Shown piece after piece: positions 48,821 through 59,344 of a stretch of DNA of 64,000 nt. The notes below the pieces were generated by a model. It did no database searches. It saw only the letters and a program-made list of their open reading frames with translations, and was not told the origin of the DNA. How positions within the stretch are numbered: the first letter of the stretch is position 1; every line of letters begins with the position of its first letter. Location: sequence record SRR31156797_315, one strand, 5' to 3'. The position numbers were made by a program, and so were the translations under genes.

Positions 48821-51800
48821 ATGGGAAAAATACTCCACTCATTTAAGAATTGGCAAATGACCCTGATGGTAATCGCCTCGCTGCTTTTTACCTCACAACT
48901 ATTTGCCCAGAATGTAGATATAAGCGGTACCGTTACCGATATTTCTACAGGTGAAACAATTCCTGGCGTTACAGTTCTCGAAAAAGGTACCATGAACGGT
49001 ACCATTTCGGATATTGATGGAAATTACAGTATCAATGTTCCTGTTGGAGCAACACTGATTTTTTCTTTTGTCGGAATGGAAACAACAGAAGTTCCGGTAG
49101 TTTCGGCAGGAACTATTGATGTTACAATGAAAAGTGCCATGGTTGGCCTCGACGAAGTGGTTGTTGTGGGTTATGGAACCAAAAAGAAGAAAGACCTTAT
49201 CGGGGCTGTTTCGGTGGTCGAAACCGAAACTTTTGATAGAAATGTGTCGGCCAATGCCATGCAATCTATCCAGGGCCAGATACCCGGTATGGTTATCAGT
49301 TCCGATGGTTCACCGGATGGTTCGGTGGATATCAAGATCAGGGGTATCAACTCGATCAACTCCAACACAACACCGCTGTACATTATTGACGGGGTGCCCA
49401 CCACAAGTAACCTCAACGAATTGAACTCGCAGGACATCGAATCCATGCAGGTACTTAAAGATGCATCAGCAGCCAGTATTTATGGCTCGCGGGCTTCCAA
49501 CGGTGTTATCATTATTACGACTAAAAAAGGTGAGGCCGGAAAAACCAAAATCAACGTTAAGGCAAATTACGGTTTAAGTTTCTATGCAAACCGGCCTACA
49601 GTGCTCGACAGCTATCAATACGGACAAGCTTACTGGCAGGCTGCTGTGAACGACGGTACCGACCCAAACCAGCATTACCTGTATCAGTACGACTGGCATT
49701 ATGATGATAATGGAACGCCCGTTCTGGATGATGTTTTGTTGCCTTACTATCTTGATGCAGATCAAACAATGCGTACGTCCAATACCGACTGGTTCAACGA
49801 AATATCCCGAATTGGTCAACAAAAATCATTGGATTTAAGCCTTTCGCAGGGAGGAGAAAAAGGAACTTCGATGTTTTCGATTGGCCTTTTTGACAATCAG
49901 GGAATCATAAACACATCCAGGTTCTCAAGAATTACGGCCCGCCTCAACAGCAATTATAAAATGTTGGATGGCAGGCTTACCGTTGGTGAAAATCTCTCTT
50001 TCAGCTATTTGCAGGATCAAAACTATGATGTGCTAAACCTCACACTGCAAACATTACCTGTTATTCCTGTAAGGACTGTTGACGGGAAAGGATGGGGTGG
50101 CCCGGTTGCCGGGATGAACGATCGCCAGAATCCTGCACGTTTACTGGCAGATAATGAACAGAATCACAGCAATTTTATGCGAATTTTTGGAAATGCTTAC
50201 CTGGATTTTGAAATTATCGATGATCTGAAATTCCATTCAAGTTTTGGTATCGACTACGGTAATTATTACAGCAGGCTTATGACCTACAGCTACCAGTCAG
50301 GGTATTTGCAAAACGAAACCAACAGAGTGGATAATTTCCAGTCCCATACTTTTAAATACACCTGGACGAACACTTTAAATTACAAATATACATGGGGTAA
50401 AAACGATTTCGATTTTCTTGCCGGTATGGAAATGTTCAGCGACAGCTACGAAGAATTTGGTGCAGGAGTAGAGCATTTTGAGATTGAAAACGAAGATTAT
50501 ATGTATATCAACGCAGGAACCGGTGCCAAGAGTGTACTCGGAAACGGAACCGGCTACAGGCTGCTTTCTTATTTCGGAAAAGTAAATTACGATTACAACG
50601 ATAGATACCTGGCTTCGGCAACATTGCGCTATGATGGGTCATCACGTTTTGGCTCAAACAACCAGTTTGGTTTTTTTCCGGCGGCTTCGGCTGGCTGGAG
50701 GATTAGCCAGGAAGACTTTATCAGGGATAATGTTGATGCGATCTCCGACCTGAAGCTACGTTTTGGTTGGGGGCAAACAGGTAACCAGGCCATCGATAAC
50801 CTGGCGCGTTATTCAATTTTTGTTGCCGACTACGATGGAGGAGATCCAACATGGGCATCACCCTGGGGGACTGCTTATGACATCGGCGGATACAATTCGG
50901 CCGGATTGCCTTCGGGATATCGCAGGGTACGCCTTGGAAACGATGACCTGAAATGGGAAACAACCACCCAAACAAATATCGGTATCGATTATGGCCTCTT
51001 CAATCAGAAATTACGTGGTAGCCTTGATTATTTCTGGAAAACAACCGAGGATATGTTGTTCGAGCCCGGATACATTGGCGTGATTGGCGAAGGCGGAAAT
51101 CAATTTGTGAATGGTGCCACTATGACCAACAATGGTTTTGAATTTATGCTTACCTGGACAGAAAGGGTGAATGCGGATTTTAATTATTCAGTATCCGGAA
51201 ATCTGGCTACTTATGTTAACGAAATCGTTGATTTACCCGAAGCGGTAGAAAACGCCTATGGCGGGAACGGAATGGATGATAATATTCTTGGCAGGCCCAT
51301 TGGTTCGTTTTATGGCTATGTGGCCGATGGAATTTACAGAACCGAAGATGAAGTGCTAAACTCAGCCGAAAGCGTTGGGAAAGGCCTGGGGCGTATTCGC
51401 TACAAAGATTTAAACGGCGATGGTGTAGTTAATGATGACGACCGCACATGGATAGGTATTCCGCACCCTGATTTCACTTTTGGGCTTAATTTCACGGCCA
51501 ACTATAAAGGGTTCGACTTTAATATGTTCTGGGAAGGTATTGTTGGGATTGATGTTGTTAACCAATCAAAATATCACACCGATTTCTGGAGTGTTAAAGA
51601 ATCGGGTTCCAACAAAGGCGACCGTCTGCTGGATGCATGGTCGCCTTCAAACCCCGGATCAGATATTCCGGCACTCACCCTGATTGATGCCAACAACGAA
51701 AACAGGTTTTCGACTTATGTGGTTGAATCAGGATCCTACCTCAAATTAAGGTATTTGCAGCTCGGCTATACTTTCGATCTCGAAAATCAGGGCATCAACA

Positions 51801-51949
51801 AATTCAGGGTTTTTGTTGGCGGACAAAACCTGTTGACCCTCAAGAAAAACAAAGGAGATAATAAGTTTACAGGTGTTGACCCGGAAAATCCGGCATGGGG
51901 ATATCCTATCCCGGTAACACTTACCGGCGGTTTAACACTTACTTTTTAA
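48821..51949 (+). CDS. susC: SusC-like TonB-dependent transporter
   Basis: LDEVVVVGYG, PLYIIDG, VLKDASAASIYGSRASNGVIIITTKKG, RYDGSSRFG and LKWETT. Confidence 0.96.
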   Translation: MGKILHSFKNWQMTLMVIASLLFTSQLFAQNVDISGTVTDISTGETIPGVTVLEKGTMNGTISDIDGNYSINVPVGATLIFSFVGMETTEVPVVSAGTIDVTMKSAMVGLDEVVVVGYGTKKKKDLIGAVSVVETETFDRNVSANAMQSIQGQIPGMVISSDGSPDGSVDIKIRGINSINSNTTPLYIIDGVPTTSNLNELNSQDIESMQVLKDASAASIYGSRASNGVIIITTKKGEAGKTKINVKANYGLSFYANRPTVLDSYQYGQAYWQAAVNDGTDPNQHYLYQYDWHYDDNGTPVLDDVLLPYYLDADQTMRTSNTDWFNEISRIGQQKSLDLSLSQGGEKGTSMFSIGLFDNQGIINTSRFSRITARLNSNYKMLDGRLTVGENLSFSYLQDQNYDVLNLTLQTLPVIPVRTVDGKGWGGPVAGMNDRQNPARLLADNEQNHSNFMRIFGNAYLDFEIIDDLKFHSSFGIDYGNYYSRLMTYSYQSGYLQNETNRVDNFQSHTFKYTWTNTLNYKYTWGKNDFDFLAGMEMFSDSYEEFGAGVEHFEIENEDYMYINAGTGAKSVLGNGTGYRLLSYFGKVNYDYNDRYLASATLRYDGSSRFGSNNQFGFFPAASAGWRISQEDFIRDNVDAISDLKLRFGWGQTGNQAIDNLARYSIFVADYDGGDPTWASPWGTAYDIGGYNSAGLPSGYRRVRLGNDDLKWETTTQTNIGIDYGLFNQKLRGSLDYFWKTTEDMLFEPGYIGVIGEGGNQFVNGATMTNNGFEFMLTWTERVNADFNYSVSGNLATYVNEIVDLPEAVENAYGGNGMDDNILGRPIGSFYGYVADGIYRTEDEVLNSAESVGKGLGRIRYKDLNGDGVVNDDDRTWIGIPHPDFTFGLNFTANYKGFDFNMFWEGIVGIDVVNQSKYHTDFWSVKESGSNKGDRLLDAWSPSNPGSDIPALTLIDANNENRFSTYVVESGSYLKLRYLQLGYTFDLENQGINKFRVFVGGQNLLTLKKNKGDNKFTGVDPENPAWGYPIPVTLTGGLTLTF

Positions 51950-51971
51950 TCATTTTAAAACTAGCATATAT

Positions 51972-53684
51972 ATGAAAAAGACAGTATATTTTTTATCAAT
52001 CTTAATGCTAACCGGATTGGTTTACAGTTGCAAGGATTTTCTTGATGTTAACCCAAAAGGTGTGTTAAGCGAAGAAAACCTGACATCCCCCGAAAACGCC
52101 GAAGGTTTTGTTATTTCAGCATACTCGGCACTGGGAAGCGATCACTACACAGCTCCTTACAGCCTCTGGGTTTATGGCAATGTGCGTTCTGATGACGCCT
52201 ACAAAGGCGGACGTGATGAGGCTGATATTCAATCGTTCCACTTCTTCGAAACTTTCGTTTATACACAGCCCGACATGGCCGGCCTCGAAGGTGGCGGCGA
52301 CCCTGACGAACTTTGGTTTAGTTTGTACATCAGCATCTCCAGGGTGAACAATGCACTGAGAGCTCTCAATAGCATCACGGAAGAGGAAATGCCATTGCGC
52401 GACACCCGGATTGGTGAAATGAGATTCTTAAGGGGGCATTTCTATTTTAAGCTCAAAATCCTCTGGAAATACATACCTTATATTGATGAGTTCGTGCCTG
52501 TAAATGAATACGAAAATGTGTCGAACAGAGCATTGTCGAATGACGAACTCTGGAATAAAATTGCTGAAGACTTCCAGGCTGCCGTTGACCTGTTGCCCGA
52601 AACACAATCAGAAATCGGAAGGGCGAATAAGTATGCTGCACATGCTTATCTGGCCAAAACACGCCTTTACCAGGCTTATGAGCAGGACGAGCAGCACAAC
52701 GTTACAAGCATAAACCCGGCCCGGCTGGAAGAAGTGGTAAATCACTGCGACCTGGCAATGGGTGGCGGCTATATGCTCGAAAGTGATTTTGCCAATAATT
52801 TTCTGCCGGGCTCTTATGAAAACGGTGTCGAGTCATTGTGGTCAGTACAGTACTCAATCGGAGATGTTTCTCCAAAAGGACGGTTAAACTGGGGTGACGT
52901 TTTAAGTGCACCTATGGCCGGTGGTTTTGGATGTTGTGGTTTTCATCAGCCCAGTCAAAATCTGGTGAATGCCTACAAAACCGACGAAAATGGCCTCCCT
53001 ATGACTGACGATTTTAATGCCGAAGATTACAATGGGGCACAAACCGTTGACCCACGTCTCGACCATACGGTGGCACAGGTAGGAAAACCCTGGAAATACG
53101 TACCCGATTTGGTGATGGATAATTCATGGCTGAGAAATCCTGATGTATATGGCACCAACATGTCGTTAAAAGAAAATGTAGCGCCCACATGCGATTGCAT
53201 GGTAAACATCGATCCATTTTACGGAAATTCCAAAAACCGGATCATTCTCAGATATTCAGATGTGTTGTTGATGAAAGCAGAGGCACTCATCGAGCTGGGG
53301 CAAACCGGAGCAGCATTGCCACTCATTAACCAGGTACGGTCAAGGGCGGCTCAAAGTACAGCTTTGCTCAAAAATGCAGATGGTAGTCCCGTATCAAGCT
53401 ATAACGTTGGCCTTTACACTTCGCTGGGGAGCCAGGAAGATGCACGCAAAGCTTTGCGTTTCGAAAGACGCCTCGAATTTGCAATGGAAGGCAGCCGCTT
53501 TTTCGATTTGGTCCGCTGGGGCATTGCTGATGAGGTGTTAAATGGCTATTTCAGCGACGAACAAGAAAAGAGAGAATATCTCGGATATGCACAGTTTACC
53601 AAAAACAGAGATGAATATTGTCCTATTCCACAGCAGCAGATCAATTGGTCGAAAGGACTTTATCAACAAAATCCTGGTTACTAA
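51972..53684 (+). CDS. susD: SusD-like glycan-binding lipoprotein (fructan type)
   Basis: Lipobox VYSC, SDDAYKGG, GEMRFLRG, vicinal GCCGFHQPSQNLVNAY, RYSDVLLMKAEA and ERRLEFAMEGSRFFDLVRWG. Confidence 0.95.
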   Translation: MKKTVYFLSILMLTGLVYSCKDFLDVNPKGVLSEENLTSPENAEGFVISAYSALGSDHYTAPYSLWVYGNVRSDDAYKGGRDEADIQSFHFFETFVYTQPDMAGLEGGGDPDELWFSLYISISRVNNALRALNSITEEEMPLRDTRIGEMRFLRGHFYFKLKILWKYIPYIDEFVPVNEYENVSNRALSNDELWNKIAEDFQAAVDLLPETQSEIGRANKYAAHAYLAKTRLYQAYEQDEQHNVTSINPARLEEVVNHCDLAMGGGYMLESDFANNFLPGSYENGVESLWSVQYSIGDVSPKGRLNWGDVLSAPMAGGFGCCGFHQPSQNLVNAYKTDENGLPMTDDFNAEDYNGAQTVDPRLDHTVAQVGKPWKYVPDLVMDNSWLRNPDVYGTNMSLKENVAPTCDCMVNIDPFYGNSKNRIILRYSDVLLMKAEALIELGQTGAALPLINQVRSRAAQSTALLKNADGSPVSSYNVGLYTSLGSQEDARKALRFERRLEFAMEGSRFFDLVRWGIADEVLNGYFSDEQEKREYLGYAQFTKNRDEYCPIPQQQINWSKGLYQQNPGY

Positions 53685-53702
53685 TTTTAAAAATAACTAA
53701 AC

Positions 53703-55127
53703 ATGAGATCAAGCATAATCACATTAATAATAGCCATTCTCTTTCTGGCAGGCTGTTACAAAAGAGATATCAACGAGGCCCTGGAGCCTATCCTGCCTGC
53801 GGTCGAAAACCTGAATTATGATTATTTCGCCGATCAGGACAGTGTAACCATTAGCTGGATGAATCCAAACACCGGCCCGGGGCTCAAAACCATTGTAACC
53901 CATACCGATGGTGTTATGGTGCTGCCCGGTGAACAAACAAGCTTCAATTACGGGATCATCAAAACCAATAATGAATACGCCTTTACCATCAAGATAAAGG
54001 ATACCACTGGCGTTTACTCGCTGGGGCAAACCATTCGTTTCAACCGCTCAGGGGCAAGTAATATCTCGGATATTGCCTTTGTTCAGGAAGAGGATACGGT
54101 TTTTGTTTCGTGGACGCTTCCGACGGGAGAAACACTCTCAAAAATAAACGTGGCCTGGAATTCGCCTGAAGAATCCGGAAGCGAAGAGCTGGATGGAAGT
54201 GCCACAAGCCTTAAGCTGGTCGGACTTTCACTGGCTGCCTATGAATTTTCGTTTAGCACCACCAACAGCAACAATCAATCATCACATACTACTTACGAAC
54301 AATTCAGGGTTGGCCCAACAAAAATTGCTTTCCTGAGTCAGTATCCCGACATTGGAAGCATATTGGATGATGATGAAATTGCTGCCGCACAATGGTTTGC
54401 CGATAATATAACAAACTCAGCTTACATTACTTTCGATCAGATTTTGAACGGAACAGTTGACCTGAAGCAATTCCGCGTTATCTGGTGGCATGCCGATGAA
54501 GTGGGCGGTGCTGCTTTGCCTGATGCAGCCAAAACCCCAACAGTACTTGCCGCAATAAACGATTTTTATAAATCCGGTGGAAACCTGCTGTTATCCATCC
54601 ATGCAACCATGTACCTTGAGCACCTGGGTCGGATTCCTACCGAAGGTTTTGCCAATGGTAAAGCCATTGGAGATGGCGAAGGTGGTGACAACGGAGATGT
54701 TTGGACGGCAAGTGTTAATCTGCAGGCCTACGATTACAGCTCACATCCTATTTATAAAAACCTGACGATCAACAATACCGCAAATAATGGTAAGGAAATT
54801 CCGTTGATTGGCGCCGGTTGGAAAGAAGATCATAACTGCAACTGGATAGATGTTCCTGCCGCCAATGGTTTTGGCAATGGCGATGACACCTTTATTCCAT
54901 ATCTCGAAACCACCTATGGCGTAAAAATGCTTGGTTCCTGGGGGCATGTCCGCGATTATTTTATGGTAGGAATTGGCGAGATGATGCCTTTTGGTGATTA
55001 CCAGGGAACTGCCATCGCAATAGGGCTTGGTGCTTATGAGTGGAACCAGAACAGTGGGGCCAACCCCTATCAAAATCAAATTGAAAAGCTTACCATGAAT
55101 AGTATCGAATATCTGAAAGCCAAATAA
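53703..55127 (+). CDS. Surface glycan-binding lipoprotein (FN3-like domains plus DUF4960-like domain)
   Basis: Lipobox LAGC; C-terminal domain IAFL..DDDEIAAAQWF..VIWWHAD..GGNLLLS..GWKEDHNC..GLGAYEW. Confidence 0.75.
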   Translation: MRSSIITLIIAILFLAGCYKRDINEALEPILPAVENLNYDYFADQDSVTISWMNPNTGPGLKTIVTHTDGVMVLPGEQTSFNYGIIKTNNEYAFTIKIKDTTGVYSLGQTIRFNRSGASNISDIAFVQEEDTVFVSWTLPTGETLSKINVAWNSPEESGSEELDGSATSLKLVGLSLAAYEFSFSTTNSNNQSSHTTYEQFRVGPTKIAFLSQYPDIGSILDDDEIAAAQWFADNITNSAYITFDQILNGTVDLKQFRVIWWHADEVGGAALPDAAKTPTVLAAINDFYKSGGNLLLSIHATMYLEHLGRIPTEGFANGKAIGDGEGGDNGDVWTASVNLQAYDYSSHPIYKNLTINNTANNGKEIPLIGAGWKEDHNCNWIDVPAANGFGNGDDTFIPYLETTYGVKMLGSWGHVRDYFMVGIGEMMPFGDYQGTAIAIGLGAYEWNQNSGANPYQNQIEKLTMNSIEYLKAK

Positions 55128-55140
55128 TAAGGAGGATAAA

Positions 55141-56586
55141 ATGAATAACATGAAACATATAGTTTTTGCTTTTATCGTAACAGTGTTGATTGGGGCATTG
55201 GTTGCCTCATGCGAAAAAGATCGTACCGATCTGGACCTGGAGCACGAAGTAAACATTTTGGAATTTAAGATCGGCGACAGGAGCGGTGAAATAGATACTG
55301 ATAATGCACGTATCCTGATTTATCTGCCTGCCGGCACTACAGATTTGAGTGCACTGGAACCTGTGGTTTCGGTATCCTCAGGAGCAACAGTAACACCGGC
55401 TTCCGGCGAAGCTGTTGACCTGAGCGACTCTGTTGAATATACCGTGTTTGCCGGTAATGTATATAAGAAATATTGGGTTAGGGCGGGCGTTCGCAAAGCT
55501 GAAATACTCAGCTTTTCGATCAATGGTTCGCAGGGAATTATCGACCATGAAACCAACAACATTGATGTGCCTTTACCGCTGGGAACCGATTTAACAAATC
55601 TTGTTCCTGAAATCACCCTTTCGGAGGAAAGTACAGTATCGCCGGCCTCCGGCGTTGCTCAGGATTTCTCTAATCCGGTAACTTACACCGTTAGCAGCGG
55701 AACGGAAGTTGTCGAATATACGGCCTTCACCTCATTATTGGCCACACCCGACACTACCAAAGGCCCGATTGGCGAAAAGATTGCCTTCCTCGGTGATGCC
55801 GGCGATCGCTTTAGCCTGCCTGATGACGATGAGCAGGCGGCAGCCGATTTCTTTTTCAGCGAATATGCCGATGCCGATTTTATCTCATGGGATCAGGTTC
55901 TGGCCGGCCATGTTAATATTTATGATTATAAAGTTATATGGTGGCATTATGACGCCGGATGGGAACTTCCTTCGCAAGCGGCACATCAGGCGGTAATTGA
56001 TATTTTTAGCGATTTCATGAAAGACGGTGGAAACCTCTTCCTTTCGGGACACGCCTGCCAGTATTTCTGGTCTATCGGAAGGTTTACCAATGCATACAAT
56101 ATGACCATTGGCAGTGGTGAAGGTTTTGATAATCCCGATACCTGGGCCATTGGCGTTAACCTGCCGGGCAACGATCAGCGTGGCCATCCGATTTATCAGG
56201 ACCTTATTTTTGATGATAACAATGGTTTATTTACGTTCCCCGTAATCGGGCCCGGCTGGAAAGAAGACCACAATCATGTGATTGTTGAAGTGGCTGCGTT
56301 CCATGGTTATCCCAACAATGCACCCGGAGCCTATGTTGCCTTTACCGAACAAAACAATGTGGAATGGTTAGGCGTATGGGGCGGCATTCAGGATTATTTT
56401 ATGGCAGGTGTTATGGAAATGCTGCCCACGGATGAGTTCAGCGGAAGAGCCATTTATCTTGGTATCGGAGGTTTCGAATGGAACCAGAATGCCCAGGGTG
56501 ATATCAACCCGACAGGCGACAATATGTATCAGGGCAATATCGAAACCGTGGCAAGGAATACCATCAACTATCTCTCGGCCAATTGA
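55141..56586 (+). CDS. Surface glycan-binding lipoprotein (two DUF5018-like Ig domains plus DUF4960-like domain)
   Basis: Lipobox VASC; two TDL..L.P..S.GATV.PASG...D.S..V.YTV repeats; C-terminal domain paralogous to the preceding gene. Confidence 0.75.
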   Translation: MNNMKHIVFAFIVTVLIGALVASCEKDRTDLDLEHEVNILEFKIGDRSGEIDTDNARILIYLPAGTTDLSALEPVVSVSSGATVTPASGEAVDLSDSVEYTVFAGNVYKKYWVRAGVRKAEILSFSINGSQGIIDHETNNIDVPLPLGTDLTNLVPEITLSEESTVSPASGVAQDFSNPVTYTVSSGTEVVEYTAFTSLLATPDTTKGPIGEKIAFLGDAGDRFSLPDDDEQAAADFFFSEYADADFISWDQVLAGHVNIYDYKVIWWHYDAGWELPSQAAHQAVIDIFSDFMKDGGNLFLSGHACQYFWSIGRFTNAYNMTIGSGEGFDNPDTWAIGVNLPGNDQRGHPIYQDLIFDDNNGLFTFPVIGPGWKEDHNHVIVEVAAFHGYPNNAPGAYVAFTEQNNVEWLGVWGGIQDYFMAGVMEMLPTDEFSGRAIYLGIGGFEWNQNAQGDINPTGDNMYQGNIETVARNTINYLSAN

Positions 56587-56599
56587 TCTAACGACATTG

Positions 56600-56773
56600 A
56601 AGGTTATCATAAATAGTTTTATCATCATATAGTCAGTTCTCATCATTTTTTTAATTTTTGGGGCTGTCCTGCAAAAAAAAGGATACAGGTTTTGTTAGTT
56701 GTTGTCTGTGTTTCTTTACAATAGTTTTTCTCATAATTGAAGTTTTGGACAAAGCAGGCAGCCCCATTTTTTT
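56600..56773 (+). other. Structured intergenic element: terminator-like long-range stem with repeated TCAT(A) motifs
   Basis: TGGGGCTGTCCTGC (56659-56672) pairs with GCAGGCAGCCCCA (56754-56766), followed by T7. Confidence 0.5.
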
Positions 56774-56782
56774 CTATTGATC

Positions 56783-59329
56783 ATGAAAACAGGTCTTCTT
56801 TTGCGGTTTTTTGTTTTAAGCTTGCTTGCTATCGCAATAACGGGTTTGGATGCGCAGCAGCTTGTGAAATTTAGTTTCGAGGAACCCACCGGTACAGTCA
56901 GCGCCCTGGATTCGATGAGTGGTGAAATGTTCCCCGTGGCCAATCATTTCGACAGGCCAGAGCGCATCACCGGGGTAAATGGCAGCGCATTGCGCCTCGA
57001 CAGTTACTCAACCTGGGTTAGTCTGAATCCTTTTCCGCTTCAGAATGTCGATACAAAATTAACCGTCCAGGCCTGGTATGCCACCGAGGCTTTTAACTAC
57101 GAAAACGCTTCCATCATAAGCCAGCAAACAACTGATGCCGGATTTTCGCTTAGCATTGGCAGGTTTGGGCAGGTTGTTCTTGAGTTTTTTGCTGATGACA
57201 CCACTTACAATTTTGTGAGCGAAAACAGCATCCAAACATACACCTGGAATCATATTGTCGGGTTCATCGATCTTGAAGCATCGATAGCCAAAGTTTATGT
57301 AAACGGGGAATTATGGATCAATCAATCCCTGTCTCAACACAACGCCCTGAATCTTTCTCAAACCCAGGCCTTGTTCGTTGGTCGTCATTCCATTTATCAA
57401 ACTGCCAATGGCTTCCCAATCATGGCCCTCAACGGTGTCATCGACGAGGTTTCGCTGTTCAATACAATTTTGGACGAATCAACCATCGTGGGCAATTATG
57501 AAAAATACAAGGATTCGATCCCCGACCTGACCATCGATCCGGACATCCGCCATGCAGGTGATCATCTGCGCCCAAAATATCACCCCATGCCCAATACAAG
57601 CTGGACCAACGAATCGTACGGGCTTACCTATTTTGATAATAAATATCACATGTTTTTTCAGAAAAACCCCAACGCACCCCATTTGTTCTTTATGCACTGG
57701 GGTCATGTAAGCAGTCCCGACCTTGTTGACTGGACCGAAGAAAAAGTTGCACTGGCTCCATCGCCGGGATTCGACAGCTTTGGCGTTTGGTCAGGGACAA
57801 CAGTGATGAACCACAGCGACGAACCTGTAATTTTTTATACCGGGGTAGATGGCGCAAAAGCCGGAATAGGCGGAGCACTGCGCTTAGATGATGATTTAAT
57901 ATCGTGGGAGGAGTTCCCCGAAAACCCACTCATACCCAATCCGCCACCCGAATACCAGCACATGGATTTTCGGGATCCCTTTCTTTGGAAAGCTGATTCG
58001 ACATATTATATGATTGTTGGTTCGGGACTTCAAAACAATGGTGGAGGAATTTTATTTACATACCGCTCCACCGACCTCATAAACTGGGAAAACATTCCGC
58101 CTTTGTATAGCAGCAGCAATGTGTCGCTCACAGGGAAATTCTGGGAGATGCCCGTGTTTTATCCGGTTAACGACAGTATTTATCTTTTGGCAGTTACGCC
58201 CATACCCACGCCCATAAAACCTGCCAAAACCATTTACTGGTTAGGGACGTGGGAAAACGAAATTTTTACACCCTATCAGGTTGAGCCAAAAAAACTTGAG
58301 ATTATCCAGAAAAACCTGCTTTCGCCGGCAGTAGGCACAGATGAAGAAAACAGGATAACGTATATCGGGATTATTCCCGAAGACCGCCCTGCCGAAAGCC
58401 AGGTTGAAGCCGGCTGGCGCAACACCTTTTCAATTCCACGGGTAATACGTTTGCTCAACGACACTTCCATCGGGCAGGTTCCTCATCCGAATCTATGCAG
58501 ATTAAGAGCAGCGCACACGCAGATTACGGATCGCGAAATTTTGCCTGGCACCACATTCAACCTCAACGGGTTTGAAAGCACCCAGTGCGAACTGGAGTTT
58601 TGGATACAGGCCAGCGACAGCTCCGTGTTTCAGATACAGCTATTAAAAAATGCAGTCGAAAATGAAGTTACCGTTCTGCAATTCGACATGATTAACGACA
58701 TGATAAGTATCGACCGGAGATTCTCGAGCTTATCCAATGCTACCGCCGATCTACTCACAGACGATTACATTTTTAACCCCAACGATACAGTATATGTGCG
58801 CATTTTCGTCGACCGTTCCACCATTGAGGTATTTGTCGATAACCTGACGGTGTTTTCATGCCGGGCGTATCCTTCACTCGAAAGTTCAAATATGATTGAT
58901 GCCATTGCTGAAACAGGCCCGCTGAAAATTATCGAAATGAATGCCTGGCAACTGAAAAGCTTTGGCGACACGATGAGTAACGATGTTTGTGAACCGGCTT
59001 TTCTTCCCGAAACATTTTTTGAAGATACCGTAAAACCCGGCCATTCATCAGTTCCTGAACAGGGAGAACCAACCGGGCTGATGATATACCCCAACCCGAC
59101 ACAGGATTATATCGATGTGGTGGCAAACAACAATTCAGGAGGCGAGGCAAACATCCAAATATTTAATATGGTAGGTGAATGTATCCGGCAATTTCAACTT
59201 TCGGCAAATAGCAGCGGCCTGATCCATCGGATTGTTACCAATAATTTCGACGAAGGAATGTATTTTTTGAGATTTTCGCAGGGGGGCTTTAGCACCATAG
59301 CCCGGTTTTTAGTTTTGGATAGTAAATAA
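56783..59329 (+). CDS. GH32 fructanase with N-terminal LamG/ConA-like domain and T9SS CTD (Glu-type nucleophile motif)
   Basis: WNHIVG and LNGVIDEVSLFN (LamG); WTNESYG, MHWGH, WSG, FRDP and WEMP; IFVDRSTIEVF; CTD IYPNPT..GMYFL. Confidence 0.88.
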   Translation: MKTGLLLRFFVLSLLAIAITGLDAQQLVKFSFEEPTGTVSALDSMSGEMFPVANHFDRPERITGVNGSALRLDSYSTWVSLNPFPLQNVDTKLTVQAWYATEAFNYENASIISQQTTDAGFSLSIGRFGQVVLEFFADDTTYNFVSENSIQTYTWNHIVGFIDLEASIAKVYVNGELWINQSLSQHNALNLSQTQALFVGRHSIYQTANGFPIMALNGVIDEVSLFNTILDESTIVGNYEKYKDSIPDLTIDPDIRHAGDHLRPKYHPMPNTSWTNESYGLTYFDNKYHMFFQKNPNAPHLFFMHWGHVSSPDLVDWTEEKVALAPSPGFDSFGVWSGTTVMNHSDEPVIFYTGVDGAKAGIGGALRLDDDLISWEEFPENPLIPNPPPEYQHMDFRDPFLWKADSTYYMIVGSGLQNNGGGILFTYRSTDLINWENIPPLYSSSNVSLTGKFWEMPVFYPVNDSIYLLAVTPIPTPIKPAKTIYWLGTWENEIFTPYQVEPKKLEIIQKNLLSPAVGTDEENRITYIGIIPEDRPAESQVEAGWRNTFSIPRVIRLLNDTSIGQVPHPNLCRLRAAHTQITDREILPGTTFNLNGFESTQCELEFWIQASDSSVFQIQLLKNAVENEVTVLQFDMINDMISIDRRFSSLSNATADLLTDDYIFNPNDTVYVRIFVDRSTIEVFVDNLTVFSCRAYPSLESSNMIDAIAETGPLKIIEMNAWQLKSFGDTMSNDVCEPAFLPETFFEDTVKPGHSSVPEQGEPTGLMIYPNPTQDYIDVVANNNSGGEANIQIFNMVGECIRQFQLSANSSGLIHRIVTNNFDEGMYFLRFSQGGFSTIARFLVLDSK

Positions 59330-59344
59330 AAAAACGTTTTTCGC

